Assembly: GCA_001897995.1 (NCBI GenBank)
Contig: MKRV01000315.1
Coordinates: 545-64,544, forward strand
Source of the DNA: Alphaproteobacteria bacterium 65-37
Lineage (GTDB): Bacteria > Pseudomonadota > Alphaproteobacteria > Reyranellales > Reyranellaceae
Direction of reading: 5' to 3'
DNA: 64,000 nt
In this document: piece after piece, positions 9,451 through 18,678 of the stretch
How positions within the stretch are numbered: the first letter of the stretch is position 1
Layout of the letters: each line of letters opens with the position of its first letter
Position numbers and translations under genes: made by a program
Notes under the pieces: generated by a model
Databases searched by the model: none
What the model saw: the letters and a program-made list of their open reading frames with translations, nothing else
What the model was told of the DNA's origin: nothing

Positions 9451-10653
9451 TCAACGGGTAGCGCTGATGGTCTTGACCGGATTGTCGTCGTCGCTGGCTT
9501 CGGCCGACTGGCTGAACGACCGCGGCTTGACGGCGTCGCCAGCCACGAATTTCTGGAAGCCATCGACCACGACGCGATCACCCGGCTTCAGGCCGTCGAG
9601 CACCAGCCACTTGCCGTCCTGCAGTCCGCCCAGGCGAACCGGCTGGATAGCCGTGCGATTGTCGTCCTTGATCACGAACACCTCGCTGCCGCCGCCGCCG
9701 TTGCGCTGGATCGCCTGCTCCGGCAGCGTGATCGCATCGCTGTCGATACCCTGTTCGATCAGGACGCGGACATACATGCCCGGCAACAGCACCTTGTCGG
9801 GATTGAGGAACTCGCCGCGCAGGGTCACCTGGCCGGTCGACGCATCGACCCGCGCCTCCGAGAAGAGCAGCTTGCCGGTCAGCGGGTAGCGCGAGCCATC
9901 GTCGAGCAGCAGGCGGACCTTCACGGCATCGGGCGCGATGCGCTCGAGGTCGCCGGCTTCGACGGCACGGCGCAGCTTGCTGAGCTCGGCGGCCGACTGG
10001 GTGAAGTCGGCATAGATCGGATCGAGCGCCTGAATGGTCGCGAGATTGGACGTGTCGTTCTGTACGACCAGCGCGCCTTCGCTGGTGCGCGCCGCACCGA
10101 TGCGGCCGCTGATCGGGGCCCGAATGGTGGCGTATTCGAGATTGAGCTTGGCTCGCTCGACGTCGGCGGCGCGGGCTGCGACCTCGGCCTTCGCCTGGTT
10201 GACCGTGGCGACGGCGATTTCATGCTGCGCCGTCGAAATGGCCTGCGTCTTGGCAAGCGCTGCCGACCGCGTGGCCTGGGGCACGGCGAGATCAAGCGCC
10301 GCCTTGGCCTTCTCAAGAGCCGCCTCGCTCGCCTGCAATTCGACCTCGAACGGACGCGCATCGATCTGGTAGAGCGGATCGCCGATCTTGACGTCGCTGC
10401 CCTGATTGAACATGCGCGCGGTCACGATGCCGGAGACGCGCGGCCGCACGTCGGCGACGCGCGTCGGCGCCACGCGGCCCGGCAGCTCGCGCACCAGCGC
10501 GAACGGCTCGGCCTTCACCGTGACGATGCCGACATCCGGTGCGGCGGCCTTGGCCGGCGCCTCGGCCGCAGCCTTGTCATCACACGCCGCCAGGAGCGGA
10601 GCGACGGCAACCGCAACAACCGCAGCCAACCTAAAAGGCCAATGGGTACGCAT
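9451..10653 (-). CDS. RND efflux periplasmic adaptor (AcrA family), lipoprotein
   Basis: Lipobox LLAAC, VRPRVSGIV, LYQID, IRAPISGRIG, VDASTGQVTLR. Start placed at ATG 10653. Confidence 0.93.
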   Translation of the reverse strand: MRTHWPFRLAAVVAVAVAPLLAACDDKAAAEAPAKAAAPDVGIVTVKAEPFALVRELPGRVAPTRVADVRPRVSGIVTARMFNQGSDVKIGDPLYQIDARPFEVELQASEAALEKAKAALDLAVPQATRSAALAKTQAISTAQHEIAVATVNQAKAEVAARAADVERAKLNLEYATIRAPISGRIGAARTSEGALVVQNDTSNLATIQALDPIYADFTQSAAELSKLRRAVEAGDLERIAPDAVKVRLLLDDGSRYPLTGKLLFSEARVDASTGQVTLRGEFLNPDKVLLPGMYVRVLIEQGIDSDAITLPEQAIQRNGGGGSEVFVIKDDNRTAIQPVRLGGLQDGKWLVLDGLKPGDRVVVDGFQKFVAGDAVKPRSFSQSAEASDDDNPVKTISATR

Positions 10654-10933
10654 GGTCTTTCTCCGCGCTCCTACGCACAAAATTCGGCACACAACTCACC
10701 GTCCGCCCGGCCCGTTGCCGGCGCGGCCGATCAGCACAAACTTTCGATTCCCCCCACTCATCGACTGTGAATTTTCACGGCGGCCGCCGTTAAGTCCTCC
10801 GGGGTCTTTTCGCCATCGCAGTCGGTGTGACTTTCGCGATTGAATGTGGCGACAACAGGACGGGGAGTGCCACTGAACGGTAACGGCCACGTGACCTCGA
10901 CAGCATCGACGTCACGCGATCATTTGAATGAGA

Positions 10934-11518
10934 TCATGTGAGCAGGCCCATATCGACTTTCAACAGGACGAGGATGCCCAGCACCACGAAAGCTGCTGCG
11001 GCCACGGAGCGCACCAGCTTGAGCGGCACGCGTCGTGCCAGCACGTCGCCGAACAGGACCGCCGGCACATTGGCAATCATCATGCCGAGCGTCGTTCCCG
11101 CGGTGACGGCGATCAAATCATTGAAGCGTGCCGCGAGGCCCACCGTGGCGATCTGCGTCTTGTCGCCGATCTCGACCAAGAAGAAGGCGATGGTCGTCGC
11201 GATGAAGGCACCTGCAGCGCCGGCGACCTTGGGGCCTTCGTCCTCCTTGTCGGGAATCAGGCACCAGCCCGCCATGACGAGAAAGAGCACGCCCAGGATC
11301 CAGCGCATCGCGTCCGGCCCCAGCCAGCCGGCGACAGCAGCGCCTGCCCAGGCCGCCAGCGCATGGTTGGCGAGCGTCGCGACCAGGATACCGAGAATGA
11401 TTGGAACGGGGCGGCGATAGCGGCTGGCCAGGATCATGGCGAGGAGCTGTGTCTTGTCGCCGATCTCGGCGACGGCCACGAGGCCTGCTGAAACAAGGAA
11501 GGCTTCCACGAGGGGCAT
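10934..11518 (-). CDS. TMEM165/GDT1 (UPF0016) family Mn2+/Ca2+ exporter
   Basis: Two ExGDKT motifs (AEIGDKTQ and VEIGDKTQ). Start is ATG 11518 or GTG 11509. It sits downstream of a yybP-ykoY element. Confidence 0.92.
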   Translation of the reverse strand: MPLVEAFLVSAGLVAVAEIGDKTQLLAMILASRYRRPVPIILGILVATLANHALAAWAGAAVAGWLGPDAMRWILGVLFLVMAGWCLIPDKEDEGPKVAGAAGAFIATTIAFFLVEIGDKTQIATVGLAARFNDLIAVTAGTTLGMMIANVPAVLFGDVLARRVPLKLVRSVAAAAFVVLGILVLLKVDMGLLT

Positions 11519-11585
11519 CTTCGGCGGGATCGAGCGCAAACCAATGGCTTCCGGCGTCGCCCGATCCCGCGGGTGAAGACACTGG

Positions 11586-11696
11586 AAAGCCAAAGGTCTC
11601 GCCAAGCTGATCGCCGGATACGCCATAGTCCCGCAGGACCAAGTCTGTTGACGCATCCGCCTCTAAATGAGGCCGGCTACTCCCCGATGACGACGG
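11586..11696 (-). ncRNA. yybP-ykoY (Mn2+-sensing) riboswitch
   Basis: Minus strand reads GCCGTCGTCATCGGGGAGTAGCC...GCGTCAACAGACTTG...TGGCG...GGCGAGACCTTTGGC. The GGGGAGUA, CGUCAACA and GAGACC hallmarks are in the right order, directly upstream of a UPF0016 gene. Confidence 0.88.
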
Positions 11697-11971
11697 CTAA
11701 ATAGGCTCTTTCCCCGCGCGGTGCAAGCAACAGAACGTCACGCAGGCCCGGGACCGCACCGAGGGAAACACCGCCGCTTCACGATCCATGGTGCGGAATG
11801 CAGTACGTGGCGGGCCTCTCATGCTTCTCAAGCTCAGAACCCGTGCACAAACATGTCTTCTCCGGCGTGCCGTCCAGTCCGAAGATTGGGGCAACTCGCA
11901 ACCCTCGGTCGGAGCGGACAGAGCACAAGGTGGACGGACGCGATGGCTGCTTTCCAAGCAACGCAGGCACC

Positions 11972-12961
11972 ATGATGCCCCTGCTCGCCAGGCGCCGTTT
12001 TCTCGCGCTGCCGCTCGCGTCCATCGTTCTGCCGCCTCTTGCGCGCGATAGCGCGGCGCAGGCCTGGCCCGAACGGACCGTGCGCCTGGTCGTGCCCTTC
12101 CCGTCCGGCGCCGGCGCCCTCGACATCATGGCCCGCCTGCTGGTCCATCATCTCGCGCCGACGCTCGGCCAGCCCATCATCATCGACAACCGTCCGGGCG
12201 GTGGCGGCATCAAGGGAGCCGAACTCGTCATCAGATCGCCGGCCGACGGCCACACCATCCTGATGGGCAACCTCTCGCTGGTGGTGAATCCCTATCTGCT
12301 GACCGGCTTGCCCTACGACCCGGTCGCCGATTTCATGCCCGTGACGCTGATCAACCTCGCGCCGCTGGTCGTCGTCGCGCATCCGTCTTTGCCGGTGAAT
12401 TCGGTCGCCGAACTGATCGCCTTCGCCAAGGCCTGGCCCGGCCAGCTCAACTACGGATCGGGCGGCATCGGCAGCACGCCCTTCCTTGCCACCGAACTGT
12501 TCAGGTCCATGGCGGAAATCGACGTGACGCATGTCCCCTATCGTGGCGGCGCGCCGGCCCTGGCCGATCTCGTGGGCGGCCGGCTGAGCTTCATGATCGA
12601 AAGCGTGTCCGCCACCCTGGCGATGGTGAAGGCCGGCAGGCTCAAGGCGTTGGGCGTCACCGCCGATCATCGGCTGCCGCTGATGCCGGAAATCCCGACC
12701 GTGTCCGAGACAGGGTTGCCTGATTACGAAGTGGTCGGCTGGAACGGCCTGTTCGTTCCGCGCGAAACACCATCGTCGATCGTCGATCGCCTCTTTCGCG
12801 ACCTGGCGAAAATCCTGCGCAGCCCCGACGTCCGACAGGAGATGGCGGCACTGGGCGCCGAGCCCGGCGGCAATGCACCGCGCGAGTTCGCCGCCTTCGT
12901 GAGGGCGGAGGCCGAGCGCTGGGGGTCGCTCATTCAGGAAAAGGGCTTCAGGCCCGACTGA
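11972..12961 (+). CDS. Bug/TctC family tripartite tricarboxylate transporter substrate-binding protein
   Basis: WPERTVRLVVPFPSGAG, IDNRPGGGG, PADGHT, YGSGGIGS, HVPYRGGAPA. Tat-like RRR leader. Confidence 0.92.
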   Translation: MMPLLARRRFLALPLASIVLPPLARDSAAQAWPERTVRLVVPFPSGAGALDIMARLLVHHLAPTLGQPIIIDNRPGGGGIKGAELVIRSPADGHTILMGNLSLVVNPYLLTGLPYDPVADFMPVTLINLAPLVVVAHPSLPVNSVAELIAFAKAWPGQLNYGSGGIGSTPFLATELFRSMAEIDVTHVPYRGGAPALADLVGGRLSFMIESVSATLAMVKAGRLKALGVTADHRLPLMPEIPTVSETGLPDYEVVGWNGLFVPRETPSSIVDRLFRDLAKILRSPDVRQEMAALGAEPGGNAPREFAAFVRAEAERWGSLIQEKGFRPD

Positions 12962-13853
12962 CTTTCTCGGCAAGTGAAATATCGACGACATCGTCGAACG
13001 GAATGTCGCGCGACAGCACGCCGGCGGCACGCATAGCGCCGTGCAGGCGGTCGTATCCCTCGCGGCGGATCACGGGATCGCGCGCCCAGAGGCGGAGCGC
13101 CCGATAGCGATCGATGCACTCGGCGAACAGCCGTGCCGGCACATCGGGAAAGTCGCGTTGCAGCCGGTAGGCGATTTCCATGGCCGGCATGGCGGCAAAC
13201 CATTTCAAGATCTCGTTCATGCCGCGGATCATCCGGCCGAGTTCGTCGGCGCGTCCTTCGAGCACGTCGCGACGTGTGACCAGGGTCGTGTAGGCGGTGA
13301 GACCGCGACTGGCCGCTTCGTACCAGACATGGCCTGCGCCCGACGATACCAGCCGCTCGACATGGGGCTGGAAGAGCTGCACGGCGTCGACCCTGCCCTC
13401 GCGCAATGCCACCTCGTTCTCGGCCATCGTCCGGTCGCTGACCCTGTCGATCTCTGCCGGGTCAAGACCTGCATGCCGCAGGTCGCCCTGCAGGCAGATC
13501 CAGGGCGTCGGCACCTCGGACACGCTGGCAAACCGAACCGTCCGGAGATCGGCCAGGCCGAAGCCCGGCCATGGCCTTGCCCCTACGATGAAGAAGGGAT
13601 CGCGGGCAACCACGTCGCAGAAGCAGACCAGGTCGGACGCCGGCTCGGCATCGCGTAGCATCATGACCCTGAGCGGCCCGCCCCACATGACGTCGACCTC
13701 GCCGGTGCGCAGGGCCCGCGCAGCCGAGGCCGGATCGGGTGACCGCCGCAGGTCGACCTCGACCCCGGCTCGCTCGAAGGCGCCGGTTCTCACTGCCGCG
13801 TAGAATGGCGCATAGAACAGGGCACGAAAGTTCTCAGACAGTCGGATCGCCAT
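12948..13853 (-). CDS. ABC transporter substrate-binding protein (NMT1/THI5-like), orphan
   Basis: MAIRLSENFRALFYAPFY, DVMWGGP, PTPWICL, DAVQLFQP. No permease or ATPase gene is adjacent. Confidence 0.75.
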   Translation of the reverse strand: MAIRLSENFRALFYAPFYAAVRTGAFERAGVEVDLRRSPDPASAARALRTGEVDVMWGGPLRVMMLRDAEPASDLVCFCDVVARDPFFIVGARPWPGFGLADLRTVRFASVSEVPTPWICLQGDLRHAGLDPAEIDRVSDRTMAENEVALREGRVDAVQLFQPHVERLVSSGAGHVWYEAASRGLTAYTTLVTRRDVLEGRADELGRMIRGMNEILKWFAAMPAMEIAYRLQRDFPDVPARLFAECIDRYRALRLWARDPVIRREGYDRLHGAMRAAGVLSRDIPFDDVVDISLAEKVSRA

Positions 13854-13911
13854 ATCCGATCCTATCACGGGCCACCTCCCGCCGCGGCGCCCCGCGTGCT
13901 ACGCCTTGGGC

Positions 13912-16842
13912 ATGGCGAAATCCAAAGCTCCCACTGCCTCCGCAAAGATGGCTGCCCCCGGCGAGAACAAGCCGATCCGGCACCTCTACCTGATCGACGG
14001 TTCGGGCTACCTGTTCCGCGCCTATCACGCACTTCCTCCGATGACACGGCCGGACGGGACACCGATCAATGCGGTGTTCGGCTTCTGTCGCATGCTGGTG
14101 GCCGACCTGCTGGACAATCCCGAGATCGACCATATCGCCATGATCCTCGACGCCGGCAGCGTCACCTTCCGCAACAAGATCTACGACAAGTACAAGGCCA
14201 ACCGGCCGGAGCCACCGGAAGACCTGATCCCGCAATTCCCGCTGATCCGCGAGGCGGCGCGCGCCTTCAACGTCACGGTGTGCGAACTCGACGGCTACGA
14301 GGCCGACGACCTGATCGCGACTTATGCCCGCATGGCGCTCGAGGCCGGCGGCACCTGCACGATCGTGTCCTCCGACAAAGACCTGATGCAGCTCGTGCGG
14401 CCGGGCGTCGAGCTGATGGACCCGATCAAGAAAATCAAGCTGGGGCCTGAAGCGGTGTTCGAGAAGTTTGGCGTCACACCGGACAAGGTCGTCGACGTGC
14501 AGGCGCTGGCGGGTGACTCGACGGACAATGTGCCGGGCGCGCCGGGCATCGGCATTAAGACCGCAGCCCAGCTCATCAACGAGTATGGCACCCTCGAAGC
14601 GCTGCTGGAGCGTACTAAGGAGATCAAACAGCCCAAGCGACGCGAATCGCTGGAGAACAATGCCGAACTGATCCGCGTCTCCAAGCAGCTCGTGACCTTG
14701 CGCGACGACGTGCCGGCGCCGGCGGATCCCGACTCGTTCGACAAGAGGAAGCCTGACCCCAACGTGCTGCTGCCCTGGCTGGAGCAGCAAGGCTTCCGCA
14801 CCCTTCTGCAGCGCTTCACTGGCGAGCTGGGCGAGGCGACGGCACCTGTCGCGCCGACTTCTACGCCTGCGCCGGTGAAGACGGCCGAATCTGCAGCGCC
14901 CAAGACGGCAGCCCCACGCGCCAAGTCGAACCAGCCCTTCACCGCCGCCGACTACGAGTTGATCCGCGACGAGAAGCTGCTCGACGAGTGGATCGCCGAA
15001 GCGACCAAGGCGGGAACGGTGGCCTTCGACTGCGAAACCGACGGACTCGATTCCAACAATGCCGGCCTGGTCGGCGTCTCGCTCGCCCTGCTCGAAGGCC
15101 CCTGGGGCGACGTCAATTCGACCAAGCGGCGTGCCGCCTATCTGCCGGTCGCCCATCGCTCGCCGGGCAGCCCGGCGCAGGGCGCGCTCGATCTCGGTGG
15201 GCCAGGCGACGGCACGGGCGATGGCAAGATCCTGCCGGATCAGATTTCGCTCGCGACGGTGATCGCCAAGCTGAAGCCGATGCTCGAGGACCCGGCGGTG
15301 CTGAAGGTCGGCCAGAACATCAAGTACGACATGGCGGTGTTCCGCCGCCACGGCATCGAGATCGGCCCGGTCGACGACACGATGCTGATCTCCTTTGTGC
15401 TCGATGCCGGGAAGAACAATCACGGCATGGACGAGCTGGCCGAGCTGCATCTTGGCCAGAAGACCATCAAGTTCGCCGACGTGGCGGGCAGCGGTGCCAA
15501 GCAGGTGACCTTCGATAAGGTGCCGATCGACAAGGCGCGCGACTACGCCGCCGAGGATGCCGACGTTACCATGCAGCTGTGGGCGCACCTCAAGCCGCGC
15601 CTCGTCCCCGAACGCGTCACCACGGTCTACGAGACGATCGAGCGGCCGCTGATCCCGGTGCTGCTCAGCATGGAGAGCGCGGGCATCAAGGTCGATGCGT
15701 TGAAGCTCAAGAAGCTCAGCACCGATTTCGAGAAGCGCCTGGGCGAGCTCGAGGGCGAAATCCACAAGGTTGCCGGCCGCGAGTTCAATGTCGGCTCACC
15801 CAAGCAGCTCGGCGAGATCCTGTTCGACGAGCAGAAACTGCCGGGTGGCAAGCGCAACAAGAACGGCGCCTGGGCGACCGACGCGTCCGTCCTGGACGAT
15901 CTTGCCGCTCAGGGCCACGCCCTGCCGGTCAAGATTCTGGAGCACCGCCAGCTCGCCAAGCTCAAGAGCACCTACACCGACGCGCTGATGCGCGAGGTCG
16001 ATACCAGGACGAGTCGGGTGCACACCTCCTATCACATGACAGGGGCGGCGACCGGACGGCTCGCTTCGACCGACCCCAACCTGCAGAACATCCCGGTGCG
16101 CACCGAGGAGGGCCGCAAGATCCGCCAGGCCTTCATCGCCGAGAAGGGCTGCAAGCTCTTGAGTGCCGACTATTCGCAGATCGAACTCCGCCTGCTCGCC
16201 CATGTCGCCGACATCGACTCGCTGAAGCAGGCGTTCGCCCGCGGCGACGACATCCACGCCATCACCGCGTCGGAGATGTTCGGCGTGCCGGTCAAGGGCA
16301 TGGATCCGCTGATGCGCCGCCGCGCCAAGGCGATCAACTTCGGCATCATCTACGGCATCTCGGCCTTCGGCCTCGCCAACCAGCTCGGCATCGGCCAACC
16401 TGAGGCGCGCGACTACATCGCCAAATACTTCCAGCGCTATCCCGGCATCCGCGACTACATGGAGGTCACCAAGGAGTACGCGCGCAAGCACGGCTATGTG
16501 CTGACGCCGTTCGGCCGCAAGGTCCATCTGCGCTTCATCCACGACAAGAGCCAGGGCATGCGCGCCTTCGCCGAGCGCGCGGCGATCAACGCGCCCCTGC
16601 AGGGCGGCGCCGCCGACATCATCAAGCGTGCCATGATCCGCCTGCCGGCTGCCCTCACGGCGGCCAAGCTCAAGGCGCAGATGCTGCTACAAGTGCACGA
16701 CGAACTCCTGTTCGAGGTGCCCGACAAGGAAATCGACAAGACCAAGGACGTGACGCGCAAGGTGATGGAAAGCGCCGCCTCGCTCACCGTGCCCCTGGTC
16801 GTCGAGACCGGCGTCGGCGACAACTGGGCGGCGGCGCACTGA
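13912..16842 (+). CDS. polA: DNA polymerase I
   Basis: 5'-3' exonuclease (LIDGSGYLFRAYHAL, EADD, GDSTDNVPG), 3'-5' exonuclease (FDCET, QNIKYD, YAAEDAD), polymerase (DPNLQNIP, DYSQIELR, KAINFGIIYG, QVHDEL). Confidence 0.98.
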   Translation: MAKSKAPTASAKMAAPGENKPIRHLYLIDGSGYLFRAYHALPPMTRPDGTPINAVFGFCRMLVADLLDNPEIDHIAMILDAGSVTFRNKIYDKYKANRPEPPEDLIPQFPLIREAARAFNVTVCELDGYEADDLIATYARMALEAGGTCTIVSSDKDLMQLVRPGVELMDPIKKIKLGPEAVFEKFGVTPDKVVDVQALAGDSTDNVPGAPGIGIKTAAQLINEYGTLEALLERTKEIKQPKRRESLENNAELIRVSKQLVTLRDDVPAPADPDSFDKRKPDPNVLLPWLEQQGFRTLLQRFTGELGEATAPVAPTSTPAPVKTAESAAPKTAAPRAKSNQPFTAADYELIRDEKLLDEWIAEATKAGTVAFDCETDGLDSNNAGLVGVSLALLEGPWGDVNSTKRRAAYLPVAHRSPGSPAQGALDLGGPGDGTGDGKILPDQISLATVIAKLKPMLEDPAVLKVGQNIKYDMAVFRRHGIEIGPVDDTMLISFVLDAGKNNHGMDELAELHLGQKTIKFADVAGSGAKQVTFDKVPIDKARDYAAEDADVTMQLWAHLKPRLVPERVTTVYETIERPLIPVLLSMESAGIKVDALKLKKLSTDFEKRLGELEGEIHKVAGREFNVGSPKQLGEILFDEQKLPGGKRNKNGAWATDASVLDDLAAQGHALPVKILEHRQLAKLKSTYTDALMREVDTRTSRVHTSYHMTGAATGRLASTDPNLQNIPVRTEEGRKIRQAFIAEKGCKLLSADYSQIELRLLAHVADIDSLKQAFARGDDIHAITASEMFGVPVKGMDPLMRRRAKAINFGIIYGISAFGLANQLGIGQPEARDYIAKYFQRYPGIRDYMEVTKEYARKHGYVLTPFGRKVHLRFIHDKSQGMRAFAERAAINAPLQGGAADIIKRAMIRLPAALTAAKLKAQMLLQVHDELLFEVPDKEIDKTKDVTRKVMESAASLTVPLVVETGVGDNWAAAH

Positions 16843-16873
16843 TGTCGCCTTTAGCGTTCAACGGGAGTACGAA

Positions 16874-17491
16874 ATGAAGATCTGGGGCCGCGCCAATTCG
16901 ATCAACGTACAGAAGGTGCTGTGGGCCGCCGACGAGTGCGGTGTGAAGCACGAGCGCGAGGATGTCGGCGGCGCGTTCGGCGGCAACGACCAGGCCTGGT
17001 ACCTGAAGATGAATCCCAACGGGGTCGTGCCGACCATCGACGATGGCGGTTGCGTGATCTGGGAGAGCAACTCAGCGGTGCGCTATCTCGCAGCCAAGTA
17101 TGCGGCCGGGACCCTGTGGCCTGTCGATCCGGGCCAACGCAGCGAAGCCGACCGCTGGATGGACTGGCAGCTCAGCACAATCTCGGAAGCGATGCGCATC
17201 GTGTTCTGGGGCCTGGTGCGCACGCCCCTGGAGAAGCGTGACACCGCCGCGATCAAGAAGGCCGCCGACGATGCCGGCAAGCTGTTCGGCCGGCTCGATA
17301 CCTGGCTCGCCGACCGCCGTTTCGTCGCCGGCGGCCATTTCACCATGGGTGACATTCCGGTCGGCTGCTTTGCCTATCGCTGGTATGCGCTCGATATCGA
17401 ACGCCCCGACCTGAAGAACCTGCGCGCCTGGTACGAGCGGCTGGCGACACGGCCGGCCTATGCCAAGCACGTCATGATCAAGTTGACCTGA
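16874..17491 (+). CDS. Glutathione S-transferase family protein (GstB/YliJ-like)
   Basis: MKIWGRANSINVQKVLW, NPNGVVP, WESNSAVRYL, FTMGDI. Confidence 0.9.
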   Translation: MKIWGRANSINVQKVLWAADECGVKHEREDVGGAFGGNDQAWYLKMNPNGVVPTIDDGGCVIWESNSAVRYLAAKYAAGTLWPVDPGQRSEADRWMDWQLSTISEAMRIVFWGLVRTPLEKRDTAAIKKAADDAGKLFGRLDTWLADRRFVAGGHFTMGDIPVGCFAYRWYALDIERPDLKNLRAWYERLATRPAYAKHVMIKLT

Positions 17492-17610
17492 CGGACATAG
17501 CCATAGGCTTGCCTTCACCACGGGTGCAGTACGAGCGCTTGAATGGTGCGGAAGGCCGGCGTTCCATGAACAGCCCCGATCCGGGGCCTGTTCTGGAGGA
17601 GGCTACCGAC

Positions 17611-18003
17611 ATGAACTTTCGTTCGCATCTGGCGGCACTCGCGGTGATCGGCGCCCTCGCCGGCTTGTCCAGTGCGGCATTCGCCCAGCCCCAGCCGACG
17701 ACACCACCGGCAACGCGGACCACACCACCACCGCCGACGACAACGACGACACCGAAGCCGGCGGACGCCAAGGCGACGGAGGTTCTCGACCTCAACACGG
17801 CGACCAAGCAGCAGTTGATGACGCTCGACGGTATCGGCGAGGCGCGCAGCGACGCCATCATCAAGGGGCGCCCTTATCGCGCCAAGAACGAACTCGCCGA
17901 CAAGAACATCATTCCCCAAGCGGTCTACGACAAGATCAAGGATCGCATCATCGCCAAGCAGATCGCCCAGGCGCCGGCGTCGACCCCCGCCAAAAAGAAC
18001 TGA
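17611..18003 (+). CDS. Secreted ComEA-like helix-hairpin-helix DNA-binding protein
   Basis: Signal peptide, Pro/Thr linker, LDLNTATKQQLMTLDGIGEARSDAII. GGAGG RBS upstream. Confidence 0.85.
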   Translation: MNFRSHLAALAVIGALAGLSSAAFAQPQPTTPPATRTTPPPPTTTTTPKPADAKATEVLDLNTATKQQLMTLDGIGEARSDAIIKGRPYRAKNELADKNIIPQAVYDKIKDRIIAKQIAQAPASTPAKKN

Positions 18004-18017
18004 TCCAGCCAGATGAA

Positions 18018-18041
18018 AAAGGCCGGGAATTCCCGGCCTTT
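18018..18041. terminator. Bidirectional intrinsic terminator-like palindrome
   Basis: AAAGGCCGGGAATTCCCGGCCTTT is a perfect 24-bp palindrome between convergent genes. Confidence 0.75.
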
Positions 18042-18088
18042 CTCTTATCGCCTGCTGAGGCGCGTCTCTGGTGCTTTCACCGCTGCTT

Positions 18089-18421
18089 TCACTTGCCCTT
18101 CGGCAGCCTCGACAACTCAGCCAGGACAGCCCGGTCGATCACCGTGAAGAGATAGGCGTCCGGCGCCAGCGTGCAGCCGCCGCGCACCAGATAGCCGATC
18201 TGTGCACTACGCTCGTCCTCGGGGATGACGACGCCGTGCGCGCGCGCCGAATGATTCAGCAGGAAGACGGCCAGCGCCTTGCGCGGCTCGGGCGCCATGT
18301 CGTGCGCCTGCTTGCAGGTGATGTAGGCGGCCTGGTCGAAGTTGAGCGGTGCCGTCTGCGCCTGGGCGGCCGTCGAGACGGCCAGAAGAGCACCGACACC
18401 AAGAAGAAGCTTGCCGATCAT
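18089..18421 (-). CDS. Small periplasmic protein, HdeA/HdeB-like
   Basis: Signal peptide ending AQA; two Cys in ITCKQ and GGCTLAP, resembling the HdeA/B TCxE...CxxxP pattern. Confidence 0.55.
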   Translation of the reverse strand: MIGKLLLGVGALLAVSTAAQAQTAPLNFDQAAYITCKQAHDMAPEPRKALAVFLLNHSARAHGVVIPEDERSAQIGYLVRGGCTLAPDAYLFTVIDRAVLAELSRLPKGK

Positions 18422-18436
18422 GGTCTGTCCCCCCGC

Positions 18437-18652
18437 TTACTTGTTGCCGATCGCGCTGCCGGTGATGTAGCCCGCCGCGCCGCCGATCAGGCCGGCGCCG
18501 ACCACGGTGCCGAAGCTGCCGCCCGCGACCATGCCGATACCCGACCCGAGTGCCGCGCCGGTGAGGGCACCCTTCTGGCCCGTGGTCATGTTCTCGCAAC
18601 CACCAAGCATGCCCACTGCCGCGAGCAGCACGAGGACCTTCGTCTTCATCAT
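18437..18652 (-). CDS. Glycine-zipper lipoprotein (OsmB-like)
   Basis: Lipobox LGGC followed by GALTGAALGSGIG...GAGLIGGAAG. Confidence 0.85.
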   Translation of the reverse strand: MMKTKVLVLLAAVGMLGGCENMTTGQKGALTGAALGSGIGMVAGGSFGTVVGAGLIGGAAGYITGSAIGNK

Positions 18653-18678
18653 GGCTTTCTCCTACCTCAGATGCCCCC

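Noticed and set aside
7058-9889. Very long overlapping ORFs (7058..9889 +, 13834..15765 -, 20848..22731 +, 37549..40269 -, 42090..44162 + and similar)
   Set aside because: They lie opposite well-supported genes in ~68-70% GC-looking DNA where stops are rare, and show no recognisable motifs.
11798-13853. Bug protein and ABC substrate-binding protein as one transport system
   Set aside because: They are convergent, from unrelated families, and have no membrane components. Orphan binding proteins are common in this group.
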